A stretch of 64,000 nucleotides of DNA. Source: Octopus sinensis (taxonomy: Eukaryota). The notes beneath the pieces were generated by a model. The model was not told where the DNA came from. It searched no databases and saw only the letters and a list, made by a program, of their open reading frames with translations. Positions 11,564-25,918 of this stretch are shown here, in pieces. Where the stretch lies: NCBI RefSeq assembly GCF_006345805.1, contig NC_043000.1, forward strand, positions 108,190,001 to 108,254,000, given 5' to 3'. Each line of letters begins with the position of its first letter. Positions within the stretch are counted from its first letter, which is position 1. A program made the translations under genes and the position numbers.

Positions 11564-11858
11564 ATATATTAGTAGAAATGAGGTACTCAGAAGATCGGAT
11601 GGTTTATATTTACGGATATTTATTTGCATATTACATTTTTTATATATCTATCATATCACTTAGATCATTAGCTCTTTCTCCCATTCTAGTGGGGTTTTCA
11701 AATCAAACTAAGGAACTTAGTTTGATTTGAAAAACCCATTAGAATGGGAGAAAGTGCTAATGATCTAAGTGATATGATATATATATATAAAAAATGTAAT
11801 ATACAATAAATATCTGTAATATAAACCATCCGATCTTCTGAGTACCTCATTTCTTCTA

Positions 11859-11864
<6 letters not shown>
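11564..11864. repeat. Imperfect palindrome with about 150-bp arms and a 3-nt loop
   Basis: Arms centred on aaactaag-gaa-cttagttt (11705-11723); roughly 90% identical by eye; flanked by (TA)n. Confidence 0.9.
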
Positions 11865-11890
<26 letters not shown>

Positions 11891-11895
11891 TATAT

Positions 11896-11973
<78 letters not shown>

Positions 11974-12229
11974 AAGTTAATCCAAACAAGAAACAAAAAA
12001 ACAACAACGCAAGGATGTGGAACAATAAAGTATTATTGGCCGCTCAGGAAAGAAGGGAAGAAGGAGGGTTTATGTATATGTGTGTGTGTATATATATATA
12101 TGTACACATATACACACACAAATATATATGCATATTCTCATAAAATACATACATTATCACACACACGTACATCCATGAAACTATTAAGCAATAAATACAT
12201 GCATACATGCATCAATCCATCAATACATA

Positions 12230-12365
12230 CATAAATACATACATACATACATACATACATACATACATACATACATACATACATACATACATACATACAT
12301 ACATACATACATACACACATACATACATACATACATACATACGTACATACATACATACATATATA
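12230..12365. repeat. (TACA)n microsatellite
   Basis: Directly visible. Confidence 0.95.
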
Positions 12366-12684
12366 CATCAATACATAATACATACATACGTGTATACATA
12401 CCTAGTAAATACACAGAATGCAGGTACTAATGCAGAAACATACTATGTCATATATTACCTCTGACGAAACGGAATAAAATGGATGCCATTACGTGCTATA
12501 AAGCCTTGAACCTAAGAAATCAAAATGTATTCTGTTGCATACGCACTGGACACAAGTAGCGAATGAAACATAGGTTGGTTTGCTTTACCTGCATTCGATA
12601 AAACTGAGGGTAGAAATTCATACATAACTATATACATGTATACATACGTACATGCCCACATATGTATATTTATATATATGTATG

Positions 12685-12729
<45 letters not shown>

Positions 12730-13168
12730 CGTTTGAGGAGAAATGGAAAACAATAAGTGCAATATGTCAGTTATAGATAACCTAGTTATCTGATGGATGT
12801 ACATTAATAGATCCACATCTTTCACTCACCAGTGATACACACGTTCACATAAATGCATCGGTATTCATCAATATACATATATATACATGCATAAATACAC
12901 ACATACACTGGTAAAACGTTAACTATAATGTGAGTGTGTATTTTCGCGCGCGCGTCTTTTTGTGTGTGCCTGTGTGTGTTTACTTGTGTGCTCATTTCTA
13001 CGTTTCTTGACATCCCTTACTCATTGTATACATACACGCGTGCACGCATATGTTGTAGAGAAACACACAAACTAACTCGCACGCGCGCAGGTACACATAC
13101 ACATACTTTGTTACAAATAAATTTGTGTGAGTGTGTGTATGTCTCTCATCATATCTACATGCACACCT

Positions 13169-13579
13169 TACTCTTTTACTCTTTTATTTGTTTCAGTCAT
13201 TTGACTGCGGCCATGCTGGAGCACCGCCTTTAGTCAAGCAATCGACCCCGGGACTTGTTCTTTGTAAGCCCAGTACTTATTCTATCGGTTTCTTTTGCCG
13301 AACCGCTAGGTGACGGGGACGTAAACACACCAGCATCGGTTGTCAAGCAATGCTAGGGGGACAAACACAGACACACAAACACACACATACATATATATAT
13401 ATATATACATATATACGACAGGCTTCTTTCAGTTTCTGTCTACCAAATCCACTCACAAGGCATTGGTCGGCCCGGGGCTATAGCAGAAGACACTTGCCCA
13501 AGGTGCCACGAAGTGGGACTGAACCCGGAACCATGTGGTTGGTTAGCAAGCTACTTACCACACAGCCACTCCTGCGCCT
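13169..13579 (-). mobile_element. tRNA-derived SINE family B, full length
   Basis: Minus head aggcgcaggagtggctgtgtggtaag...gggttcagtcccact, internal (TA)/(TG) tract, (gagtaaaa)n tail; close homologues at 32567 and 62522. Confidence 0.9.
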
Positions 13580-13631
13580 ATATATTACATCTATATATGT
13601 ACACACACACACACACACACAGACACACACA

Positions 13632-13662
<31 letters not shown>

Positions 13663-13667
13663 CACAC

Positions 13668-13735
<68 letters not shown>

Positions 13736-13913
13736 CATATATTGATAGAAATGGTAAGACAACAAAAGATTTAAAGATACCTCCATATTATGCAAATAGA
13801 GGAGGCCGGATAACTGAAGAGATGGCGGCGTGAATTTCCGAATAATTGTCACACATGACTTTTACAGATATATATATACACACACACACATATATATATA
13901 TGCTTATATATGT

Positions 13914-13980
<67 letters not shown>

Positions 13981-14371
13981 TATAGTGTGTGTGTGTGTGT
14001 GTGTGTGTATACATATATATATATACATATATAATATATATTTGTATATGTATGAATGTATACATAGACTGAATATACAGAACAAATTGTAGAGTGGATT
14101 GTAGGTATTCGACACCTATTTCTAGCATTGGCGCTGGTCATTTCCAGTAGCCCTTAACTGTAATAATATATTTATAATTATATACGTAAAAAAAATTATA
14201 TATATATGTATATTTATGTGAGTGCATGTAAATATGCAAATCTGTGTGTAAATGAATATATGGTTAGTTGTTTATATTAAAGGTTCATACGTGCGTGTGT
14301 ACACATCTGCATTTATGGAAATATATGTGCAAATAAATGGGTGCATGATTACACAGACACACACACGCATA

Positions 14372-17250
14372 GCAGATGCGGAAATACACATACCACAGTA
14401 CGTTGTACTACGGACCGACAGAAAAGAAAGGAGTCATAGAGGAGTTGCTATGTACATCCGTGAAGGACCTCACATCCTAGGTCCTTTTGTCATACTCAAA
14501 TTCGGTGTGTGACACACTAATTGTACATATAAGGCAACTTGGTGTAGTTATATGTGCTACATATCCCCCTCCAGATGCCCCAAGCCATGTAGGCAAGTTT
14601 GAAGACTGCCTTATAAAAGTAGAAGTTCTAGTCACATTGGAACAACACATAAGTGTACTTCTTATGAGAGACTTCAATCTACCCAATGTCAGATGGCCCG
14701 AGGGCCTTTCTCTCCCAGGAATGACACGATGTGAACGAGGACAGGTGAGGTCCCTCCTGAACCTCATCAACACTCTGTAATGGAGCAAGTAATTCTCCAA
14801 CCAACCAGGGCAGGTAACATACTGGATCTCTGCTTCACAAATAATATGGATCTCATCCATAATGTGAAAGTGACGCTGACACTACTCTCGGATCACAACA
14901 TGGTAGAGCTGACCATGTACGGGCCTAAGGAAAGCATGGACATGCAGCCTACAAGAAACTCTCAGAATCTTTCCAGCTTGAACTTCCATAAAGCAAACTG
15001 GAAACAAATTGAGAAAGAGATCCTCAAACAAAACTGGCCTGAATGTCTATCCTCGCCAGACATCGACATGAAACTTCAACAATTCATGTCTGTAATGCAA
15101 GCCATATGCTACAAATGTGTCCCAGAGAGAAAAGCCACTGTACACAAGAGCAAAATCCCCAGAGAGAGGAATATTCTAATGAGACGGCGTACAAAAGTTT
15201 CAAATCGCCTAAACAAACAAATTGAAAGCAGTGAAAAGTCCCGCCTGAAAATAAAACTGTTGGAAATTGAAAAATGTCTGCAGCTCTCCCATGAAAAAGA
15301 AAGAGCAGACAAAGAAGCCTAGGCTATAGACAACATAAAATCTAACCCCTGAGCTTTCTACAGGTATGCCAAAGAAACAGCTACGGTGTACTGTAGGATA
15401 GGGCCACTCCTTGAAAAGGATGGCACACTCATAGGAAATCCAATAAGGGTAAGTGAAATACCAAATGAGCAATTCAAGAGTATTTTCACTCCACCCCTAG
15501 GGTATTTTCATGTCAGCAATCCAACTGACTTCTTTACCACTGCAGATATAAAATCAGAGGCAGCGATGATTGATTACATCAATATAAAGGAAGACGATGT
15601 AATAAAGGCTATTGATGAAATGAAAACAAACTCAGCTACTGGCCCCGATGGATTCCCAGCAATCCTTCTAAAAGTATGTAAGAGAGTCCTAGCAAGACCA
15701 CTGCAGTTCCTTTTTCAGAGCTTCCTTGCAACTGGCAAACTTCCAAGAAAACTGAAGGAAGGTAAAATATGCCCTATTCATAAAGGAGGTAGCAGAGCGG
15801 AGGCCAAGAACTACAGACCTATCTCTCTGACCTCACACATCAGCAAGGTCATGGAACGAATAGTCAGAAGGAAACTAATCACCTTCCTTGAAGAAAATGA
15901 CTTGCTGACTGACACCCAACATGGTTTCCGACCAGGAAGAAGCTGCTTAACTCAGCTCCTACAACACTATGACTGGGTGCTGAAACGACTGCTCAACCAC
16001 TCTCATGTGGAAGTCATATATCTCGACTTTGCAAAGGCCTTTGATAAAGTCGATCATGGAATGATATGTCACAAACTGCGTGATCTTAGCATAGTTGGAA
16101 AATTAGGAGAATGGCTTCATGACTTTCTGAAGGATAGAAATCAGGTGGTAGTAGCCATTAACACGCAAATAGTGAGCGGTGTTCCGCAAGGCACTGTTCT
16201 GGGACCACTACTGTTCATAATGGCCCTCTCAGACATGCCCTCAGCCACGCAGAGAGCCACGACCACAAGTTATGCTGATGATACAAAAGTTTCACAGGCA
16301 ATACAGAACCCTGAAGACACTAAGCACCTGCAATGTGAGCTGGACAAAATATACAAGTGGGCTGAAAATAATAGCATGCAGTTCAATGCTGAAAAGTTTC
16401 AAGCTTTATAGTATCAGCATGCAAAACTAAATGCAATACCCAATAAATACTCTGGTCCTGGAGGGATTGCAATCCCAGAGGCACAATCAGTGCGAGACCT
16501 GGGTATTTACATGAGTGATGATGCAACCTTTCATGTGCATGTTGCTAAATTGGCAATGAAATGTAGGCGGCTGACCAGATGGATTCTTAGAACCTTTAGA
16601 ACAAGAGACCAGGAAACCATGATGGTCCTCTGGAGGACACTTGTCCTAAGCCACTTTGACTATTGCTCTCAGCTATGGTCACCATCCAGTGTCATGTTAA
16701 TCACATAACTTGAGGCAATCCGACGAAGCTACACGAAGAAGATAGCCTCTCAGCAGCATATAAGCTATTGGGAAAGACTCAAGAGATTAAGACTCTATTC
16801 CTTAGAGCGTAGGCGAGAAAGATATGCCATAATATACATCTGGAAGATCCTAGAAGGATTGTCCCAAACTTTGGCATCGAGAGTTACACAAATGCCAGAA
16901 CTGGGCGTCATTGCATAATGCCAAAGACTCCAAATTTGCCATCAAGATGTAGGACAAGATACTGTGATAGCCTGGGCTTCCGAGGCCCACAGCTCTTCAA
17001 TATCCTCCCGAAGAACCTAAGAGACCTGCATGGGGTGGATGCAGATGTCTTTAAAATGAAACTGGATCTCTTCTTGTCAGGTGTCCTAGATGAACCAACT
17101 TCACGGCAGGAGGTGCAGATGAGGGCAGCTGCATCGAACTCTCTCATCTCACCAAATGGCATTTGCTAAAAAGCATTCGTGAAGTAAAATCATGTAGCAA
17201 CACCAAATGGCGGTGCCCCAGTATGGCCACAGCTTGTGAGCTGAAACTAA
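14372..17250 (+). mobile_element. CR1-group (CR1/L2/Jockey) APE-RT LINE, 5'-truncated, inactivated
   Basis: APE motifs (DRK..GVAMYIRE, DFNLPNVRW, PTRAGNILDLCFTN); RT motifs (NYRPISLTS, QHGFRPGRSC, YLDFAKAFDKVDH, GVPQGTVLGPLLF, YADD); C-terminal GPQLFNILP..FKMKLDLFL; frameshift near 14780 and in-frame stops near 15320, 15350, 16409, 16706. Confidence 0.95.
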
Positions 17251-17284
17251 ATACGATAATATAATATATATATATATATATATA

Positions 17285-17317
<33 letters not shown>

Positions 17318-17435
17318 TAAATAAAATAATATATTTCGTTGATTTTCATATTTTACCCTTACATTTCCACGTGTATTTTATATTTTCTTTTCGTCACATA
17401 CTTCTACTATAAATAAGTATATATATATATAAATA

Positions 17436-17507
<72 letters not shown>

Positions 17508-17706
17508 ACGAAAATGCATATTGCAAATAGAAAAAGGCTATTTATGACAGGTAGCGACAAATATATACATTTAGATTGACTGAGGTAGTAATACGAGTCA
17601 TAAAGGTCATTATTATGAGATGATTATAAGATGATAATAAAGTAAGAGAACCAATGCTTTACGCGAAGCTATTCATCGTTTATATATATATATATAATAT
17701 ATATAT

Positions 17707-17749
<43 letters not shown>

Positions 17750-17888
17750 CAGCAAAATAATTAAGATTCAAATGAATATGGTACTTAACTTAGATGCACC
17801 AGAATTCTGGTACTTAATTTCTCAACAATTTCTTAGTACGAAACAATTGTACTAAACTACTAATCCATTCTTGTTGCTTTTTTCTTGG

Positions 17889-17972
<84 letters not shown>

Positions 17973-18716
17973 ATATAATACATATGCTCCTGTACCAGTC
18001 TTTTGTGTTCCAGAAGAGGAGTCGATGCTAGATGTGTCGAAACAATTGTTGTGATTAATAATTTATTCTCGTATATTCCATCTTCTGTCTTTTATTTGTT
18101 ATTTATATATACATATAGGTACATAAATAAAAATCCAAATTGGGGTAGGGTGGAGCAGGTGAAATCCAGGCTACATATTTTTTTTAGTTAGTTGATCGTC
18201 TCATGTAGTAGATATATTTATGTATATATAAGTGTGTGTGTGCGTAATATATGTATGTATATGCGTATGTGGATCTGTATCTATGTGTAGTTTCAATCAA
18301 CTTAGATTGCATTCCTTCTTTCCTAAGTCTACGCCTCTATTTCTTGCCCTAATTCTCTTACATGTGCGTACGTAAGTGATATGCTATAGGAAATTATATT
18401 TCTACATGTAGGGTTGTGTATACTACGCTAGTTTTTTTACATCCATATGTATTTTAAAGTAACTCTGCGACGATTTCTTTTAATTATGTTACTTTATACC
18501 TGCAATCTATTGATGCATTTCATCCGTGCATGTTTTCTTACATAGAAATATAGAAACACAGAAACAATGTGTACAAGCTGCTTTAGCATGTATTGCGTCT
18601 CTACTGAGCTTCTGTACGAGTATGCATTTGTATGATAAATACATACAGGTCTTACTTAAACATTTATACGTGCACGTATATGATATATACATATATACAC
18701 ATATTTATATATATCC

Positions 18717-18810
<94 letters not shown>

Positions 18811-18868
18811 TTTCGTTGGGTGCGTGAGTATACTTATGTAGGAATATATATATATATATAATATATAT

Positions 18869-18904
<36 letters not shown>

Positions 18905-21067
18905 ATGTATATGTGTATATGTATATATGTGTGTATACACACACAAGCGCATATAGTGTATGTATACATGATCTCCCGTAGCGATCATTTTCGTTTACTT
19001 TATGCTTCACGAAGCTAATGTAGTGTCATAACGTTTCAGTTGGTTGTTTCTCGTTTATGGTAAATTCCCAGAAATTCTTATAGTTCGAGTCGCATTAGTA
19101 AATGTGTCCCTCTCTCTGTTCCATTCCCACTCTCTATCATTTTTCGCTATCTATGACATTTATAACTACATACATACATAAATAATTACTTACAGCCACA
19201 TAAATTCATACATAGATGTACATACCAACCTACACTCATATACATATATATATGTCTGTGTGTGTATGTGTGCGTGTGTGTATATATATATATATATATA
19301 ATATATATATATTATATATATATATAATATATAATATATATATATATATATATACATATATGTATATATACATATATATGTATATCTATATGTATGCATG
19401 TGTATATATGTGTATATCTGTGTATATCAAGACCATTACTTTTGTTACGTAAACCAGACTCTAATGTAACCAATCCTTAAAAGGTTTTCATAAATCTAGA
19501 ATATAAAGAGCTTATAACATAGCATGAATGTTGAAAGCTTCGCCTTTTATTGCATGGCATTTCTATGCCGATACATTACGTTTAAGTACATATGCTAACT
19601 TGTATGCATGCATGCTTTGCTTAAATTAGTAAAATTCCATATATATAAAATCGAAACTGGAGTTGCCTCTATTTACATCAAAATAACACTTGTATTGTCC
19701 ATAAAATCTTTTTAGACAATGCCGATGAATCTTTCACTGATATATGCCCTAGTTGTGAAAAATAGAAATAAGTCGTATGTAGTTGTTTATATATAGAAGT
19801 AATTGTATATTTTGTTTTTGTATTTGGCTTGCAATATTTTCAATATCAACTCCAGCGTTGAAACAAATTTCGTTGTCTTGGTAAGGTCATTACTATAGTA
19901 AACACACGTATTAGTTCAAATTCACTTCTTTCTTGTTAGTTAATTGTTTATTCATTTTAACCATCAAAACAACCGATCGCTGGCATTATCATTTATTTAA
20001 AAATGTGGTTCTCAATCAATTTCTTACCCTTTGATTCCTATTTTATTCTAGTGGGTCTTCACAACCATTCGAGGTTTAAAAAATCTCATTATATTTTTAG
20101 AATGAAATATCATTAAATACATAAAAAAATTAACATATTTGGTAAGTCAATGCACAGAAGTATTGCACATAATTTTTTTTTAAATGTTATGATATGTACC
20201 ACCAAGTGTCAAGTGGGCCCAGGTTACGAACAACTGAATTGAACAATCAATCAATCTTGAAGCGGCCCAGGAGGAGAGAGGTGTATGTCATGGATGAAGC
20301 TGCGAATGAAGACAGAAGGATTTTAACAAACAACTCACTGATTGTTTAACAGACTAATGAAACAAGCTATTGATTAGTTGGTTTGATAAATAAATAAGCA
20401 AATAATAATAAAGAAGTGAATTTGAACCAGTGCCTGTGTTTATTATTAGCGTAACGACCCTTCCAAGATATAATAAAATTGCGTATACTATACGAGAGAC
20501 GTCGGTGAGATCACATACATTCGTACCAACCATTCACTTTGCAAAAACAATTACTAGAATAATCGAACTGGTAGGAACCATTAATATATTTGCAAAAGTG
20601 AGCTAAATGGAATGTTAGTGAAACATATGTGGCGTTTATAGAGGCAATTATGTAATTATTTCAATTGAAATTTACTTAAAAAGAATGAAAAACATGAAAC
20701 TGAGAGCTATTAATTAGGTAAATTGGAGATACATTTAAGAACAACTTGATGCATGTATAATTTCTGCCATATATACACATATCTATGCAAAACACACAAA
20801 CGCACAAACACACACACATAACGCACACACACACATATACATGCACACACGCGCGTACACACACACACACATATAGATAGACTGATAGATATAAATATGT
20901 GTATACACACACCACACACACACATAGATAGAGAGACAGATAGATGTAAATATGTGTATATATATATATATATACACACAAACACACACGTATATTTAAT
21001 GATTTGAGATATTTTATCGATATCAGAATATGAATTATATATTCATGTATTTGCAGGGATCCAATTA

Positions 21068-21143
<76 letters not shown>

Positions 21144-21724
21144 CATCCATCCATCCATCCATCCATCCATCCATCCATCCATCTATCTATCTATCTATCT
21201 TTCTATCTATCTATCTATGTATCTATCTACATGCCTACCTATATGGATATATGTATGTAGGTATTAATAAATGAAAGGCAAATGAATAGTAGTGACGTAA
21301 TCACTGCCTTTAACGTACAAATATTTCCGCCATAAGGAAAGTATACCCACGGCTGAATGTCAGTGCGACATTTTATAGCTTATAACATTGGTTAACACTC
21401 TTAGAAACGTAGTCTGCTTCTTAAATGTGATTAGTTAATCCTTATGTATTTTCATGTCTTGAATCCAAATATCTCCATGAAAAATACTTACTAGCTATTC
21501 GCGTAAAAATACACGACATTTTATATTCAATTATTTCTTTATTAATGTACAATATATGTCATGTTTTAAGCTGGTCCGTATGTACTCACTGCATTTTTGC
21601 TTGACGCTTATTATGGGCTGAAGAATAGTCGGTAAGCATTTATGTATTTTATTTGCTCTGGTACTGCTTTTCTATGGTTGAAATATCTTGGTGAAAGATT
21701 TCACTGTTCGTCACTAACCGCACT

Positions 21725-21895
21725 ACAGTTCGCCGGAAAAAGGTCTATCCTGGTCGCCAATTTTGCATCCATAATGTAGGTGATATGCCTTTCTAAGCAT
21801 ATCAGTTATACGGCACTTCTGTAATGCAAAGGTCACTTTACCACGAATATAGCAGAAGTTGCCTGCCTTATTCATACAAATGCGAAGCATCTGAA
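21725..21895 (-). mobile_element. N-terminal zinc-finger fragment of a Chapaev3-like transposase
   Basis: CMNKAGNFCYIRGKVTFALQKCRITDMLRKAYHLHYGCKIGDQDRP resembles the C-x-N..FCYICG..KAY..YFG.K.GDQDK N-terminus; preceded by a pyrimidine tract and CAG. Confidence 0.6.
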
Positions 21896-22779
21896 AGAAG
21901 AAAACAACAAACAATTAGAAGGTAAACAGAATATTCATTCATAAATTAATCATTATAATACAATAGCATGACAACTTAGCAAGTATTTATATAATTCAAT
22001 AGAAAAATAAAATTAATATAAACTGTCTCACATGCATATCAATAGCTTGATCAATGAATATTTATCATAATTTTTAAAGTGTTTGACTTGGACAATCACT
22101 TACCTTTTACCTCAATATGTAAACTTGCGCAAGACAACTCCCAGGAACAATAATGAACGGTTGTGGGACTGTGAGTTATGTAAGAAACCAGAACATTGGT
22201 GTTTGCTGTAAAAATTCTGCAGGAAATCCAAATGCTGAATTACGGTTTTTACTTCTAATTGCCAGTCTATGATTTTATATACTTGAATTATTACATTTTA
22301 AATTTATGCAGGTAGTTTTGTAGAATTATAATACAATTTAGCTCTGAAATAATCTGAAAGACAAAAGAAAATAATTTAACAAATGTATACATTTTCTAAA
22401 AAAAATTCATTTTACACATATTGAAAAGTTGTAATTTTACCATGTTGGAGGTGTACCTACCTACAAATTATCCTATATCTCAATGTCTTTGCTATCGTAA
22501 CTCATCAGATGTTTCAAACAAGGTTTCTACAGTGAAATGTGATCAAATGTTTCATATCCATCAGCAATGTAGTATGTATGCGTTATAGATTATATGATTA
22601 ATATAGAAAATTAAGGTATTTAATTGTGGACGGTGTATGGGAGGGGTACGGTAGGAGGTCACATAACCCTAATTTTCATATATTTTATTTAAAATACTGT
22701 TTGAAACTGTGCATGCTGTGGAATTAAGATTCCTTAAAAATGGTTGTTTGGACCCCACTACTTAATGTATGTATATAGG

Positions 22780-22940
22780 GAGAGTTTACGAAAAAACAAA
22801 AGACGAAGACAGGTGGTGTACAAAACAAACAGATGTATTAGTATAACGCTTAGGAATAGAAAAAATATTTTACGTTTCGAGCCTACGCTCTTCTACAGAA
22901 AGGGACGCAGAAAAAAACAAAGAGAGAAACAAGGAGAGAA
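22780..22940 (-). mobile_element. Penelope-like terminal repeat with hammerhead-like motif
   Basis: Minus strand CTGTAGA-A-GAGC-GTAG-GCTC-GAAACG...CGTT; homologous to 46460-46570. Confidence 0.6.
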
Positions 22941-23903
22941 AAAATGTGTCGTGGCTAACGATCTATCATGGCGATATATATATACATACAGTTCATGTGC
23001 TTTTGGTAGACGAATTTTGGTAGGCATCGACAGGAAATGGGAAGCAAATGTTGTTGCACATGTAGAGCTGAGAAATGGTTGGAGAGATATGCTATTGGCA
23101 ATTTTGTTATTGCCGTTACTCACTCATTAACGTCGAACTAGTTAGCATTTTCTCACCAATATTTGTTCTTTTTCCTTCTCGTCCTAAACCTCTGCTTCTT
23201 TCCTGCATACATTTTCTCTTCGCCTCTAACTTTTAATCACCCTTTGCTAAAATAATTTTAAACTGTTTGCCGTTCACCCTGATTTATAAGATTAAAAACT
23301 TTCCAGTGGAGCCTCGACGTTCTATGAAACCGACGCAACCAGAATATCCTTTACCCCCTCCTCCTCATCTCCTTCTTCCTCTTCCTCTTCATCTTATCAA
23401 CATTTACTATCGTCATCACCGTCACCACCACTACCACCATCACCACCACCATCATCATCATCCTCATCATCACCATCAGCATTACCATCACCGCCAAACT
23501 AGCTGACATGGCCAAAGCGGTGGTAATCTGTCTCTACAGGAATGAAATGCTCTGCAAATGCAACAGCCTTTCTACAAATTAAAGATTAAGCTATCATGGC
23601 AGTGATGTTTTTTCCATACGACTTGAAATTTTAAGCGTCCTTATTAAAGAGCCTATGGTACTTTACAGATGAACTCTAAGATATCTTTTGCTAAACTGGA
23701 CACCGTTCGGAGTTAAGGCCAACGTTGAGTTGAGAGTTTTTCTTTTACTGTTTATTGATATTATCTAGGATTTGCTCATTATACACTTTCTGCTTGCATT
23801 TTAAATCCACCCATTTCAAACACCATATTATATTTCTATACTCAACGATTAAAATATTTTTGAAAGATAATAGATTCTTTTCTTTTTATTATTTGTGACA
23901 TGA

Positions 23904-24107
23904 ATCAGCAAGCTGGCAGAATCGTTACCACGTTGGGCAAAACACTTTGCGACATTTCGTCTGTCTTTATGTTCTGAGTTCAAATTCTGCTGAGATCGAC
24001 TTTGCCTTTCATGTTATCGATAAACTATATACCAGTCGAACACAGGGTTTGATGTAATCGACTTATCCTCTCTCCAAATTTGCTGGCCTTGTACCGAAAT
24101 TTGCACC
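23904..24107 (+). mobile_element. tRNA-derived SINE family A
   Basis: agctggcagaatcgttac...gagttcaaattc...gccttgtaccgaaatttgc. Confidence 0.8.
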
Positions 24108-24229
24108 CAGCATTGGTGATTTGAATTCTCATTCAATATAAAAGAATATTTTCAAATAAAGTTTGCTTTTCCCTGCAGATAATTAGGTTTAATAAGGAAC
24201 CCAAATCGTTGGTAAAGAGATTTATCTTT

Positions 24230-24424
24230 TAACCTTTACCGTTTACTTGCTTCACTCAATGGACTGTAACAGGCTATTGAAGGGTTTAGTCGAACAAATC
24301 GTCCTCACTTCTTTTTTTTTCACATGCATGGTACAGATCCAATCGATCTGGTCTTTTTTGCCGAACTACTAATGTTACGGGAACGTAAGGAAACCAACAT
24401 CAGTCGCCAAACCGTGGTTTGGGA

Positions 24425-24501
<77 letters not shown>

Positions 24502-24645
24502 ACTTAATCAGATATAAACATCACAAGACTGTCGGTCCGAGTGAAGTAAAAGATTTCTACGTGGCCAAGTAGAAGGCACATGCCCGTAGTGCCACTCAGT
24601 GGGATTAAAATCCGAACCATGTTGTTATGAACCAAACTTCTTACC
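24230..24645 (-). mobile_element. Old, decayed SINE family B copy
   Basis: Collinear patchy homology to 13169-13579 including the central (CA)n tract. Confidence 0.6.
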
Positions 24646-25443
24646 TCACAGGCACATCTAAGTCTATCTACACTACTTATAGGACACAAACATACAAGAT
24701 TCGTTTTTAAGTTGTATTCTAATAAAATCCAAATCCAAATAGTCTCCAACTAACCATTTCTGTATAGCTCATGTTTAAGGAACTAATCATGTTCCTGTGC
24801 GTTGTACAATCTACTCAAAGAGACGTTGAATTACCATTATCTTCATTCACCATGGTACTGACATTTAAGAACATAAACTTCTAACAAGCTTTAGCTTATT
24901 GAATTATTGTTTAAGTATTTAAATCCAATCCAAAACAGCATAATCCAAAACAGGCATTCAAACCATGAACATCACATTTGTATTTCAGACATAGGGCAAT
25001 GAATTCTATATTATCGGTAAGTTCTTGATATTTTAAGATAGTGATATATCATTTCAGAAATGGTTGCATGCTATTTCCAACGAGGATATACAAGTATTAC
25101 ATATAATACAAGTTTTTTCCCCCATGAATCTAAAGTAAAATTTTAGCCTGATCGCGATTTCAGCTACCTGTTTCATTATTATTCACACGTGACTTTTATA
25201 TTTTTAACATACATACATACATACATACATGCAAACATACATGCATACATACATACATACATACATACATACATACATCCATACATACAGACATACATAC
25301 ATACATACATACATACATACATACATACATACATACATGCATACATACATGCATACATACATATATACATACATATATATATATATCTATATCTATATCA
25401 ATATATATATTTATATCTATATCTTTACCTATCTATCTATCTA

Positions 25444-25526
<83 letters not shown>

Positions 25527-25822
25527 ATTCCTGGATTGTCATTGTTTTTGTTGTGTGTTTTCTTTCTCTGCTTATTGCATTCTCAAAGAATGGAATAAGT
25601 AGAACACGAAGACGGAAGGTATCGCTAAGGAGGTCAGAGATGTGTGATGAAAGATTTCCGCACAATGGACATGAGTTGGAATATGAAAAGCAATAAACGA
25701 ATGAAGAACGAATATTTAGTGCGCGTGTTTATTTGGCCAAAAGATGACCGTCCCGAAATACAACAATATCTTTAACAATAACAAAACATGGCATTACATC
25801 AGGAATCTTGCAACATAAATTC

Positions 25823-25854
<32 letters not shown>

Positions 25855-25868
25855 GTATTATGTATGTA

Positions 25869-25918
<50 letters not shown>

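Noticed and set aside
13820-13855. CTGAAGA core in a Penelope-like remnant
   Set aside because: Stem II and GAAAC are not intact, so it cannot be supported as a ribozyme
23267-23570. His/Pro-rich ORF and downstream ctgtctctacag acceptor
   Set aside because: Low-complexity (CAC/CAT)n; frames after the acceptor close quickly and no matching donor was seen
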